A DNA stretch of 64,000 nt, taken from NCBI GenBank assembly GCA_963796105.1, contig CAWCKJ010000004.1:1408001-1472000 (forward strand), in the 5' to 3' direction. The notes beneath the pieces are model-generated. The model had not been told where the DNA came from, did not search any database, and was given only the letters and a program-made list of their open reading frames with translations. Position numbers and translations under genes: made by a program. This stretch comes from a candidate division FCPU426 bacterium (GTDB lineage Bacteria > Oederibacteriota > Muellerivitia > Muellerivitales > Muellerivitaceae). Of this stretch, positions 1 through 8,816 are shown piece after piece (within the stretch, counting starts at the first letter, position 1; each line of letters begins with the position of its first letter).

Positions 1-639
1 GCCCAAAACGCGAAACCGGATCTTTTCCTGGTTTGCGGGGATATCACCGATGATGATCCACAATACCTGCCAAAGTTCCTGAGAAGTTTGGAGGTGTTGG
101 ACCCCTACCTACCGGCTTTGGGGGTTCTGGGAAACCACGATGTCTATGCCGATCCGGAAAAAACCCTGACTTTTTTGGAGGACAGCCGGCTTCAAATGCT
201 GGTGAATGAGGGGATGGAAATCAGGAGGGGAAAATCCTCGCTATGGGTGGCAGGGGTCGGCGACGCGGGAGCCAGGCGGTTCGGGAAGTGGGGTTCCGTG
301 GCGCCGGATTTCGACGCGGCCTTGAAGGGTAAGCCCAAAAAGGCCCTGACGGTCCTGATGTGTCACCAGCCCCAGGGTTTCCCGGAGGCCGCGGCACGGA
401 AGGTGGAGCTGACCTTGAGCGGTCACACCCACGGGGGCCAACTGGGTTTCCGGTCCCTGAACTGGTCCCTGGCCAAGCTATTCATGAAACACCACATGGG
501 GCTGTTTAAAGAAGGGGATAGCCAACTTTATGTTTCGGCTGGAACCGGCACCTGGGGCCTGCCTGTGAGGTTCGGTCTCACCCCGGAGGTTACCCTTATT
601 GAACTACAACCTGAGAATCAGGAAAAAATTACTGGGTAA
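1..639 (+). CDS. Calcineurin-like metallophosphoesterase (YkuE/YaeI-like), 5' end outside window
   Basis: Frame open from base 1: CGDITD, GNHD, CHQP and SGHTHGGQ motifs. Confidence 0.9.
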   Translation, partial: AQNAKPDLFLVCGDITDDDPQYLPKFLRSLEVLDPYLPALGVLGNHDVYADPEKTLTFLEDSRLQMLVNEGMEIRRGKSSLWVAGVGDAGARRFGKWGSVAPDFDAALKGKPKKALTVLMCHQPQGFPEAAARKVELTLSGHTHGGQLGFRSLNWSLAKLFMKHHMGLFKEGDSQLYVSAGTGTWGLPVRFGLTPEVTLIELQPENQEKITG

Positions 640-668
640 ATCATCCCAAGCCGGTAGGCGAGAACCCT

Positions 669-1072
669 ATGCCGGTAGAGGTTCGGGAGCATGCCAATAG
701 GAGTGATCCTCATACCACCATGGGTTTGTTGCCTTTCTGCCATGTTCAATTATCAGCTAAAAAGCCAAAAAATCCTGCCTATCCTAAAAAAATGAACACC
801 TTAGGGGATCATATCCGGAAGCATCGCTTAGATCTGGGAAAGCAACAGAAGGAGGTTGCGTTGACCCTGGGGGTAACAGAGTCAACTATTACCGGTTGGG
901 AACTCAATCAAACCACACTAGTATTACTCACCTTCCCAAAATCATATCCTTCCTTGGGTACACTCCGGAACCCTACAGCAAGAAAACTGACAATATCATC
1001 GAGCAGATGAAACTCTACCGCCAGATTCATGGGCTAACCCAAGAGAAGTTTGCCGAGTTGGTCAAAGTCAAT
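669..1072 (+). pseudogene. Tandem XRE-family HTH protein, frameshifted near 915 and truncated by the RAYT end
   Basis: LGDHIRKHRLDLGKQQKEVALTLGV in one frame; second HTH (MKLYRQIHGLTQEKFAELVKV) in another frame, cut at 1073. Confidence 0.7.
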
Positions 1073-1106
1073 AAACAAAGGGGTCAGGCCATCATTCATC
1101 ATTTTA
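1073..1106 (+). repeat. RAYT terminal motif, copy 1
   Basis: Matches three other copies in the window. Confidence 0.85.
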
Positions 1107-1136
1107 CAAATAGTGTGAGTTGTTTACAATGTCCTA

Positions 1137-2075
1137 ATGCCAAGGCCTAAACGGATCCATTATGAAGGGGCGGTTTACCATGTAACCTCGCGCGGTAATG
1201 AACGGCGAAAGATTGTTATGAATGACGCCGACCTCTGGATGTTTATTCGGTTATTGGGGGAAATGGTTGTAGAGAATGGTGTGTTATGTCACGCTTGGGT
1301 GTTGATGGATAACCATTACCATTTGATGCTGGAAACCCCAAGCGCGAATTTATCAACAGCCATGAAACATTTAAACGCCCAACACACACAAAAATTCAAT
1401 AAAAAGCATTATCGGAACGGACATTTGTTCCAGGGGCGGTATAAGGCCATTATTGTGGAGAAAGACAGTTATTTAAAGGAATTAAGCCGGTATGTGGTAT
1501 TGAATCCGGTAAGGGCCCGGATGGTAAAACACCCCAAAGACTGGAAGTGGAGTAGTTATCGGGCGACAGCGGGATTTGATAGGGCGGAAAAATGGCTGGA
1601 AGTGGACTGGTTATTAGGGCAGTTTGGAAAGGAAAGAAAAAAGGCGCAAAAATCATACAGGACTTTTGTGGAAGAGGGGATGGGGAAGAAAGAAAAGCCT
1701 TGGGATGATTTGTATTCGCGTATATACCTGGGTGGTAAGGAGTTTTTGGACAAGGTTCACGAAGTAGGGCAACGTCACAAACATTTGGATGTACCGAAAT
1801 ATCAGAAACATGTGGTAAAGCAAGATCCGAAAGAAGTGCTGGAGAAAGTAGGAAGAATGTATGGTGAAAAACCGGAGGAAATATTGAGGGCAGGCAAAAG
1901 GGAGTCGGAAGCCCGGGATATGGCGATATATTTATTAAAGAGAAAATCAGGAATGAGTTCCAAGGCGATAGGAATAAAGATGGGGGTGGGGGAAAGCGCG
2001 GTGGGAAACCGATTGATGAAGATCAAAAAAAGGTTGGCGGAAGACGAAAAGTTTGCGCAAAAGCTGATAAAGTGA
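1137..2075 (+). CDS. REP-associated tyrosine (HUH/Y1) transposase with C-terminal DnaA_C/TrpR-like HTH
   Basis: YHVTSRGN, LMDNHYHL (HUH), GHLFQGRY, YVVLNPVRA, WSSY motifs; C-terminal ARDMAIYLL...IG..MG helix-turn-helix. Confidence 0.92.
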   Translation: MPRPKRIHYEGAVYHVTSRGNERRKIVMNDADLWMFIRLLGEMVVENGVLCHAWVLMDNHYHLMLETPSANLSTAMKHLNAQHTQKFNKKHYRNGHLFQGRYKAIIVEKDSYLKELSRYVVLNPVRARMVKHPKDWKWSSYRATAGFDRAEKWLEVDWLLGQFGKERKKAQKSYRTFVEEGMGKKEKPWDDLYSRIYLGGKEFLDKVHEVGQRHKHLDVPKYQKHVVKQDPKEVLEKVGRMYGEKPEEILRAGKRESEARDMAIYLLKRKSGMSSKAIGIKMGVGESAVGNRLMKIKKRLAEDEKFAQKLIK

Positions 2076-2126
2076 TGAATGATCACTGCCACACGCTGCG
2101 GAGCGTGTGGCCTGACCCCTTTGTTT
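2068..2126 (-). repeat. RAYT terminal motif, copy 2, carrying a 25-bp hairpin-forming insertion
   Basis: Motif split by CACTGCCACACGCTGCGGAGCGTGT; stem GCCACACGCT/AGCGTGTGGC at 2088-2111. Confidence 0.85.
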
Positions 2127-2220
2127 CTCTTTCAAACCCATTTACGATAACGTTTAAAGGATAGCCGCTATAATTGGTGAAATTAATTTGCTCATTATCG
2201 CAATAAGCGATTTTTTCTGG

Positions 2221-2765
2221 ATCAACCCCTCGATGGGTGAGGACATGATGGCGTCGTTGGTTTGATACTGCCAGACCAGGTTACCGCTGGCCCCCAAAGC
2301 CCTCAAAACCCCGTCGCTAGAGCCCACAAATATTCGGCTATTGTTGACTCCCTGGCTTAATATCGCCGGGCTGGAATAGACTTCACCTTGGGTTTGGTAA
2401 TTCCAAAGGGGACTCCCGTCCAATCCGTATGCCTGAATCTGCCCATTCGTCGTGCCGATGACAAGCATGCCACTGTTGTTGGTTCCCAAGTCCAAAACCA
2501 CCGGGGCCGAGGAATAGGAAACCCTTGGATTTCCAAGGGAAACCTGCCATTTTTTTGTGAAAAAAGAGTCGTCAAAAGGCTGATAAAAGCCCGTATTTTG
2601 GGGGATATAACGGAATTGGGGCCATGAAAGGGCCGCTGGTGTAGGGGTATTTGTCGGATTACTTTGAGCAAAGGCATAGCCCAACCCAAAAGATATTAAA
2701 AATCCAATGGTTATACAAATCCTTTTGGACCAATTTATTAAATTATTTAATCGGCAACTTCTCAT
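2221..2765 (-). pseudogene. N-terminal fragment of a secreted PQQ-like/BamB-type beta-propeller protein
   Basis: Signal peptide, PTNTPTP linker, repeats YSSAPVV / LWNYQTQGEVYSSPAI / VWQYQTNDAIMSSP; stops after about 3 blades and runs into unrelated AT-rich DNA near 2220. Confidence 0.7.
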
Positions 2766-2916
2766 ATTTAATAATCCTTAAAACTTTTTGGCATAAAATT
2801 CTTAAAATTAAATTTAGCCAAAACATTCAGAAGATCGATATCAAGTCGTTATGTCAGTAATAATATTTCAGCACAATTTAAAATTATTATTTTCAACTAA
2901 AATAAAGTCATAAATG

Positions 2917-3441
2917 TCATTTTAATATATGAATACTCTGAATAACTAAACCTGCCATTCGATCCAATTCCGGATTACCGCCAATGCATTCAGCAAAAAT
3001 AACCCACCATGCAACACCTTTTTTTATATTCATCATTTTTATTACCATATTTTTTTTTGTCTCAGTATTTACAAAAGTTCCTATTGTAATCATGGCATCA
3101 TCACCGGCCCATTTTAAACGATAATTTTTATATTTAAGATTTTGATATTTTTTGGTGTTTGAATAAATAATTTTGAGAGACCCGTTTGCTGTCGTTTCAA
3201 GATCTGCTTTATTAGATTTATTTGTGCCGACACCAATTCGAAAGTCACTATACGTCTTTGACGTGCATTCAACAAAAGAATCGTCTTTCGTATTTTTTTC
3301 ATTCATTTGTTCCAGTGGGAATGGGCTTTCAAAAGAAAAATGGTACATGTCGAATGAATATTTTCTCCATTTACCAGCCGGTACATCCGCATATAGAATT
3401 ACAGGAACTAAAAATAAAAATAATAATTTCCTCGAAATCAT
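2917..3441 (-). CDS. Hypothetical secreted AT-rich protein (immunity-like orphan)
   Basis: 174-aa ORF, signal peptide, AGGGG RBS-like sequence upstream, low GC. Confidence 0.65.
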   Translation of the reverse strand: MISRKLLFLFLVPVILYADVPAGKWRKYSFDMYHFSFESPFPLEQMNEKNTKDDSFVECTSKTYSDFRIGVGTNKSNKADLETTANGSLKIIYSNTKKYQNLKYKNYRLKWAGDDAMITIGTFVNTETKKNMVIKMMNIKKGVAWWVIFAECIGGNPELDRMAGLVIQSIHILK

Positions 3442-3546
3442 TTTTTACCCCTTATCGTGGAAACAAACTCGTTACCCCTCCAAAACCATACGCGTTATAT
3501 GACAAAGCTTGCCAAATTGACCCAAACCATCAGGAAGGGTGACTGG

Positions 3547-4089
3547 TCATTTAGCTTTTCTAATAATCACAGACATTACAAGTGTTTGCAAAACCCCAAT
3601 TGCGATAAAAATTTGTTCAGCATCGACAGAAAAATCTCTCACATATAAAAAAGTGTAATAAATATAGGTGTTCAAAATCATAGCGATCAGCAGGGCTGAA
3701 AATCGGATCAAAAAGTTTTTAAAATAAGAAAAATTTACTGGTCGTAATTTAACGCAAACCATCTCTGCGACGATCGGTAATAAAACGACTTCAAAAATGG
3801 CAAAAAATATAAATGTATTTTTTTGTTTGCCAAATATTTCAAAAAGGGTTGTAAAAACAATAAAATTTAAAATGAATAGGAAATACCAAATTAAACCCTT
3901 AACACCAGAAGTATAACTTCCATTATTTAGGCACTGATAGACACCGTATGAAAATAAAATAATGAACAAAGGGATGACAAAAAGATTTTTGGGATCGTTG
4001 AAATAATTCCAAATTAAAATAATACTTGCCGCACCAATAACAATTAAAAACAAATTAAATCGTTCGCCTATTATTTTATTGAGTTGCAT
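3547..4089 (-). CDS. Hypothetical polytopic membrane protein (immunity-like orphan)
   Basis: About 6 hydrophobic segments, low GC; ATG at 4089 overlaps the stop of an upstream open frame. Confidence 0.65.
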   Translation of the reverse strand: MQLNKIIGERFNLFLIVIGAASIILIWNYFNDPKNLFVIPLFIILFSYGVYQCLNNGSYTSGVKGLIWYFLFILNFIVFTTLFEIFGKQKNTFIFFAIFEVVLLPIVAEMVCVKLRPVNFSYFKNFLIRFSALLIAMILNTYIYYTFLYVRDFSVDAEQIFIAIGVLQTLVMSVIIRKAK

Positions 4090-4185
4090 CGGGTGTTCCT
4101 GTGTTACATACATCTGTACTATTATCAGTATTATCATTACCCCATATTTGTTGCGCCCCAGGGGATAATAAATCCGATTCAAATG

Positions 4186-4563
4186 AAGGGCCCGGATGGT
4201 AAAACACCCCAAAGACTGGAAGTGGAGTAGTTATCGGGCGACAGCGGGATTTGATAGGGCGGAAAAATGGCTGGAAGTGGACTGGTTATTAGGGCAGTTT
4301 GGAAAGGAAAGAAAAAAGGCGCAAAAATCATACAGGACTTTTGTGGAAGAGGGGATGGGGAAGAAAGAAAAGCCTTGGGATGATTTGTATTCGCGTATAT
4401 ACCTGGGTGGTAAGGAGTTTTTGGAAAAAGTCCACGAAGTAGGGCAACGTCACAAACATTTGGATGTACCGAAATATCAGAAACACGTGGTAAAGCAAGA
4501 TCCGAAAGAAGTGCTGGAGAAAGTAGGAAGAATGTATGGTGAAAAACCGGAGGAAATATTGAG
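4186..4563 (+). pseudogene. Internal 378-bp duplicate of the RAYT gene (copy of 1511-1888)
   Basis: Near-identical sequence with only a few substitutions; lacks HUH motif and both ends. Confidence 0.9.
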
Positions 4564-5016
4564 CCTTGAGAAACCCTTTTTCAGGGTCGGTGAGATTCCT
4601 GGCCATTTGTCTCATCCAAATCTCATTGGGGTGGTTGGTTATGCCCGCGAAATGAACCTGTCGGTTCTTGAGGCGGATGAAGAACAAAATGTAATAGGTG
4701 ACAAGCCCAAAGGGGGTTAATACTTCCCAGGTGAAAAAGTCGGTGGCTGCCAGGTTATCCCAATGATTTTCTAAGAATTCCTTCCAAGTCAGGCAGTTCC
4801 GACGATCAGGAGAAGGTGATATGCCATTTCTTTTCAGGACATTTTGGATGGATTCCGGGTTGGTTTCAAACCCCAAGATTCGCAATCTCCCTACCAATGT
4901 CTCATATCCGTCGTTTGGATTTTCCAGGGCGAGTTTTACGATTAAATTCTCTAGTTCGTGGTTTATCCTCGGCCTCCCTGGTCTTTTTTGGAAATAAGAA
5001 TAATCCCATTTCTTCA
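4564..5016 (-). pseudogene. Internal fragment of an rve-type DDE integrase/transposase
   Basis: KWDY..GRP..ENP..GY..ATDFFTWEV..YILFFI..AGITNHP..WMRQMARNL; truncated on both sides. Confidence 0.8.
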
Positions 5017-5184
5017 GCAAAGAAAATTGCCCTTGAAGTGGAAAAGGCCGTTTACAAATACGTTCCCTTGAAACTCATAAAACCAACCTCGAAAGAGGCT
5101 AAGACCATTGAATCGGCTGTAAAACGCACGGATAAAAGCGGGAAATGGACTTCGGCGGAGGCATTGATTAAGAAGCACGGTTGA
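5017..5184 (+). pseudogene. 3' fragment of a small protein, possibly an antitoxin
   Basis: PTSKEAKTIESA...GKWTSAEALIKKHG* resembles antitoxin C-termini; no start of its own. Confidence 0.3.
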
Positions 5185-5254
5185 GGCTTGCACATATGAC
5201 GGACCAAAAAAAACCAACAAAAAAAGATCACCTTAACAATTTAGAAAAACAGGG

Positions 5255-5300
5255 ACCCCGTTCAAGCAGAATAAGGCTTTTACGGGGTTTTTCTTTTTAT
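5255..5300 (+). terminator. Hairpin followed by a T-tract
   Basis: ACCCCGT..AAGC / GCTT..ACGGGGT then TTTTCTTTTT. Confidence 0.45.
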
Positions 5301-5317
5301 GACTGATCAAACAGTAG

Positions 5318-6028
5318 AATGCCACCAGTAATGTGGGCGGGTTATCCTCCCTGGACGACGAATGCCAGCAGGAATGTGGGCAGGTTATCCTTCCCTGCCA
5401 ACGGATGCCAGCAGGGATGTGGGCGGGTTATCCCCCTGGAACTGGGTTTCGGGAACTGGGTTGAGGGCTTATGGAACTAGGTTACGGCCTCTCGGAACTG
5501 GGTCCAGCCTCCCGGAACTGGTTTGTGGGCTCCGGGAACTGGGTTATCACCTCCTGGAACTGGGTTGCGAGTTCCTGGAACTCTGGAGTCCCTCGCACCT
5601 CAGCGAGTGGCAGGGGGCTTGGAACCACGGGAATCCGAGAATCTTGGAACCTTGTAACATTGGAACTGGCCTGGAACCACTGAAATTCGAGAATCCTGGA
5701 ACCTTGGAACTCTGGAACTGGCCTAGAACCACAGGAACTCGGGAATCTTGGAACTTTGGAGTCCCTCGCACCTCAGCGAGTGGCAGGGGGCTTGGAACCA
5801 CGGGAACCCGAGAATCTTGGAACCTTGTAACTTTGGAACTGGCCTGGAACCACTGAAATTCGAGAATCCTGGAACCTTGGAACTTTGGAACTGGCTTGGA
5901 ACCACGGGAACCCGAGAATCTTGGAACCTTGTAACTTTGGAACTGGCCTGGAACCACGGGAACTCGGGAGTTCTGGAATCTTGGAACTCTGGAACTGGCC
6001 TGGAACCACGGGAATCCGAGAACTGGCC
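5318..6028 (+). repeat. Hierarchical tandem repeat: 3x43 bp, six 20-21-bp units, then 52-bp units built from GGAAC 8-11-mers, with a 173-bp duplication
   Basis: 43-bp starts 5318/5361/5404; GGAACTGGGTT-like starts 5452, 5473, 5494, 5514, 5535, 5556; GGAACTGGCCT-like at 5662, 5714, 5835, 5887, 5939, 5991. Confidence 0.92.
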
Positions 6029-6094
6029 GGGCCCCCCCCACTATGCTGAAGCTTCGTGGGGCAGGCCTGGGAAATCAAGAGTCCTGAAACTGGG

Positions 6095-6688
6095 TTATTT
6101 TTTACCGGCCACAACCGCCTGGATCTCGGAATCAATCTCTTCCGGGGTTTGTTTGGAAACGAACCTTTTCAAGGGGTGTCCCTGGCGGTCAATGAGGAAT
6201 TTGGTGAAATTCCAGCCGATATCGGTTTTGCCATCGGGATCCGGCTCCGCCTTCTTCAGGAACTGGTAAAGGGGGTGGGCATTGTCCCCGTTGACCTCAA
6301 TTTTTGCGAAAAGGGGGAATTTTACCCCATAGTTGGATTCGCAAAAACTCTTGATCTGAGATTCGGTACCTGGCTCCTGGCTTTTGAACTGGTTGCAGGG
6401 AAACCCCAAGATTTCAAAGGCTTGGTCTTTGTACTTTTCATACAAGGCTTCCAATCCCTTGTATTGGGGGGTGTAGCCGCATTTACTGGCCACGTTCACG
6501 ATGAGAAGAACCTTGCCCTTGTATTTGGCGAGCGTGACATCTTTCCCGTCAATGGTCTTTACCTTGAACCCATAAACGGATGCGGACTCGTTATCCTTCT
6601 TTGCGGGACCCGATACAGAAGCGATCGCCAAACCGCCAACCGCGGCCAAACCCAGTATCCCCATGAGAATTGAAATAAGCCTCATCAT
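6095..6688 (-). CDS. Glutathione peroxidase family protein with N-terminal signal/anchor
   Basis: NVASKCGYT, GFPCNQF, WNFTKFLIDR. Confidence 0.93.
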   Translation of the reverse strand: MMRLISILMGILGLAAVGGLAIASVSGPAKKDNESASVYGFKVKTIDGKDVTLAKYKGKVLLIVNVASKCGYTPQYKGLEALYEKYKDQAFEILGFPCNQFKSQEPGTESQIKSFCESNYGVKFPLFAKIEVNGDNAHPLYQFLKKAEPDPDGKTDIGWNFTKFLIDRQGHPLKRFVSKQTPEEIDSEIQAVVAGKK

Positions 6689-6843
6689 GTTCTCCTCTCC
6701 TGAACCAGGATTTCTTTTAGTACAACTTCCTTAATAATCCTTAGTTCTGGGGAATAAAGCTAGGGGTGCGGTTAAAAATCAGGCCGGAATATGCATAAGA
6801 TTAAAATTTGTGAGAAATTAAACTGGATTTGGCTGAATTTGGT

Positions 6844-6920
6844 TTACTGGTTGATGGTCGTGACGAAGGATTCCTTCCCGTTTTCGATCTTCAGGACTAC
6901 CGCCGATTTCACCGCGTCGC
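6844..6920 (-). repeat. Displaced 77-bp copy of the 3' end of the livK-like gene
   Basis: Encodes DAVKSAVVLKIENGKESFVTTINQ* versus DAVKSAVVLKIEKGKESFVTTVNP* at 8817-8893; 11 mismatches, 6 synonymous. Confidence 0.9.
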
Positions 6921-6936
6921 ATTCACTACTACCCTT

Positions 6937-7438
6937 TTATGCTAGTCGTTTCGTGACTTTTTGATAAATCGAACGGGCTGTTTCAAGGGCCTTCTGCGCT
7001 TCATCCCGGCCTGGGAAAAACTCCTCGTCATAACGAACATCAACAGCATATGGAGCAAGCCCCATGATTTCTTCCGCCGGCAAATTCAGGCCGGGAAACC
7101 GTGAATTGACGCGTTCCAGCAGTTCCCCCAAGTCGTGCCGGAGGGGATATTCCTCATCCGAGGAAGCCAATAAAGCCTTGAGGCATTTTTCAACAGCCTG
7201 CTGGGCGTGGAAACAGCCCATATCATAGGCATGGCCCGACGTTAGGATGGCTTCCGACGCGAATAAATCGTTGGATGCTTTGGCTAATCCGGCCGCTTTG
7301 AGTTCCACGGGCTTGCCCGTGGGTGAAAGGCCACCGTGCTGAAAGCACGGCAAGCGAAGCTTGAATTTTGATTTTAGTACCACGGGCTTGCCCGTGGGTA
7401 TCTATAAGGGCGCGGGAATGGTCACGCGGATTTTTCAT
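6937..7438 (-). pseudogene. HEPN-domain toxin interrupted by a 118-bp insertion
   Basis: MKNPRDHSRAL + (I)AKASNDL...CFHAQQAVEKCLKALL...RHDL...RY; the frame is restored on removing 7287-7404. Confidence 0.85.
7287..7404. mobile_element. 118-bp non-autonomous palindromic element (IS200/IS605-type PATE-like)
   Basis: Two identical hairpins CCACGGGCTTGCCCGTGG (7305-7322, 7380-7397), central hairpin CCGTGCTGAAAGCACGG, CTA repeated at both junctions. Confidence 0.8.
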
Positions 7439-7742
7439 AAAGAACCCTGCCCTCCCGTATAACGGTTGTGATGAAGTGGTTCTTAACGCCCTTCCATTCC
7501 TCGATTTCTTCCGGGGTCCACCAAACAATATCCTTGGCAACCCCCAAACCCGAAAGCCTTTGGTAAAGCCCCACGGTCCTTTTCCATCTTGGCAGGGAAG
7601 AAGGCGCGATCACCAATAGGTCAAAGTCGCTGTCCGGATTGTTCATGCCCCGGGCACGGCTTCCGAAAAGGAGAACCTTCAAGGGTTCCACTTCCTGACG
7701 GATACGCTTAACCATTTCAGGCAATAATTGGTCTTGAGTCAT
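7422..7742 (-). CDS. Minimal nucleotidyltransferase (MNT) antitoxin
   Basis: LFGSRARG...DSDFDLLVI; overlaps the HEPN start. Confidence 0.92.
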   Translation of the reverse strand: MTQDQLLPEMVKRIRQEVEPLKVLLFGSRARGMNNPDSDFDLLVIAPSSLPRWKRTVGLYQRLSGLGVAKDIVWWTPEEIEEWKGVKNHFITTVIREGRVLYEKSA

Positions 7743-7745
7743 TTT

Positions 7746-7859
7746 CTAACCTTCCAAACGGATTCCGGGCATGCGCCCAATCCCGGCAAGCTTTAAATCG
7801 CTTTTGGCGAAGGACATCCATCGATGGGGGTCATCCGCGTCCAACGGTTTACGCGGCAT
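7746..7859 (-). pseudogene. Truncated HEPN toxin N-terminus (37 aa)
   Basis: MPRKPLDADDPHRWMSFAKSDLKLA...RLEG* overlapping the MNT stop; HEPN-type W..A.SDL..A start, ends before the AQQA motif. Confidence 0.65.
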
Positions 7860-8199
7860 ATACTTCTTTCCCCTCGCGTAATACATCCCGGTAGATTAAG
7901 CCAGGGCTGTTTCCATACTTGGTCAGGTCCCCTGGAGTGGCCACAAGCACATCAAAAGGAATTTTCAATCCTTGAATGTCCCGGTACAATTTTTGGGCCG
8001 TGTGGCGCCGGTGGGTACCTTCAGGCATAACAACCATGAGATCGATGTCGCTATCCGGCCCCATCCTTCCCCTGACCGCCGATCCAAAAAGAATGATTCG
8101 GAGAGGGTGAACAATCTCCACGATTTGATCGACTATTTTTTCAACAACTTGCGTTTGCTTGCCCAAATTAAACCCCCAAATATTTCTGAACGTATACAT
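7849..8199 (-). CDS. MNT nucleotidyltransferase antitoxin
   Basis: ILFGSAVRG...DSDIDLMVV. Confidence 0.9.
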   Translation of the reverse strand: MYTFRNIWGFNLGKQTQVVEKIVDQIVEIVHPLRIILFGSAVRGRMGPDSDIDLMVVMPEGTHRRHTAQKLYRDIQGLKIPFDVLVATPGDLTKYGNSPGLIYRDVLREGKEVYAA

Positions 8200-8264
8200 T
8201 ATAGTTTGTTTGACGCGGCAGGGTCTACCGCTACAAGAGTTTGGCTGGATTTGTGAGCTTCAGG

Positions 8265-8286
8265 CTACGGGTTGACGGTCGTGACG
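8265..8286 (-). repeat. Second displaced copy of the livK-like 3' end
   Basis: CGTCACGACCGTCAACCCGTAG encodes VTTVNP*; followed by CAAATCCAGCCAAA, 13/14 identical to the sequence after the 6844 copy. Confidence 0.7.
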
Positions 8287-8304
8287 GTGGAATTCTCCGA
8301 CAGA

Positions 8305-8529
8305 TCAAGAAATCTCAAATTCAGAACGGGGAACCCTGCTTTGGTGGATGATGGATGCCAGGGTTCCGATCTTCAATTCCCGGTGATCAGGGACAGGAAC
8401 CGTTATGGTGGTACCCTCTTTGCGGAGTTGCATAACTACGTGACTGCCTTTTTGGCGGACCTGAGCGAACCCGTTTTTCTCCAAAATTCGGCATACTTCC
8501 TTACCGGAAAAAACGCGGAGTTTACCCAC
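8305..8529 (-). CDS. hicA: HicA family toxin
   Basis: GF..VRQKGSHVVM...VPVPDH.ELKIGTL..I. Confidence 0.92.
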   Translation of the reverse strand: MGKLRVFSGKEVCRILEKNGFAQVRQKGSHVVMQLRKEGTTITVPVPDHRELKIGTLASIIHQSRVPRSEFEIS

Positions 8530-8746
8530 GTGCTACTTCAAAACGCGTGACGAATACATCCCCGCGAAGTCTTTGGTTGATTTCGGAGGGGTCGGCGCAA
8601 TCCAAAAAAAGCTCTACGGCTTCCTTCAAATTGGCCGTTGCTTCCTCGACCGTTTTTCCCTGGCTGGCAACATCCAACTCCGGGCACAGGGCCACGTACA
8701 TATCATTTTCTCTCTCTAACACCGCTGTGAAACTAGTTAAGGTCAT
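8522..8746 (-). CDS. hicB: Short HicB family antitoxin
   Basis: YVALCPELDVASQGKTVEEA.ANLKEAVEL. Confidence 0.92.
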   Translation of the reverse strand: MTLTSFTAVLERENDMYVALCPELDVASQGKTVEEATANLKEAVELFLDCADPSEINQRLRGDVFVTRFEVARG

Positions 8747-8816
8747 GTCTGACTCCCATGCGTTGATTATACAGTAATCAGACCTTTTAAACCAAAAGTC
8801 AGGTTAATAACAAGGA

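Larger units (their letters stand above)
1073..2126 (+). mobile_element. RAYT element bounded by inverted copies of a ~34-bp terminal (REP-like) motif
   Basis: AAACAAAGGGGTCAGGCCATCATTCATCATTTTA at 1073-1106; inverted copy TAAAGTGATGAATGAT...GGCCTGACCCCTTTGTTT at 2068-2126. Confidence 0.8.

Noticed and set aside
4196..5020. 174-aa and 230-aa ORFs as real genes
   Set aside because: Chimeric read-through across the junction between the RAYT fragment and the integrase fragment
5438..5580. CRISPR-like alternation of constant and variable sequence
   Set aside because: The repeat (11 bp) and variable part (~10 bp) are far too short, and no cas genes are in the window
5362..6269. ORFs across the GGAAC satellite
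   Set aside because: Open in several frames on both strands, as expected from low-complexity repeats; periods of 43 and 52 are not multiples of 3
6937..7383. 148-aa ORF as an intact HEPN toxin
   Set aside because: Its N-terminus derives from the inserted 118-bp element; the true start is at 7438 in another frame
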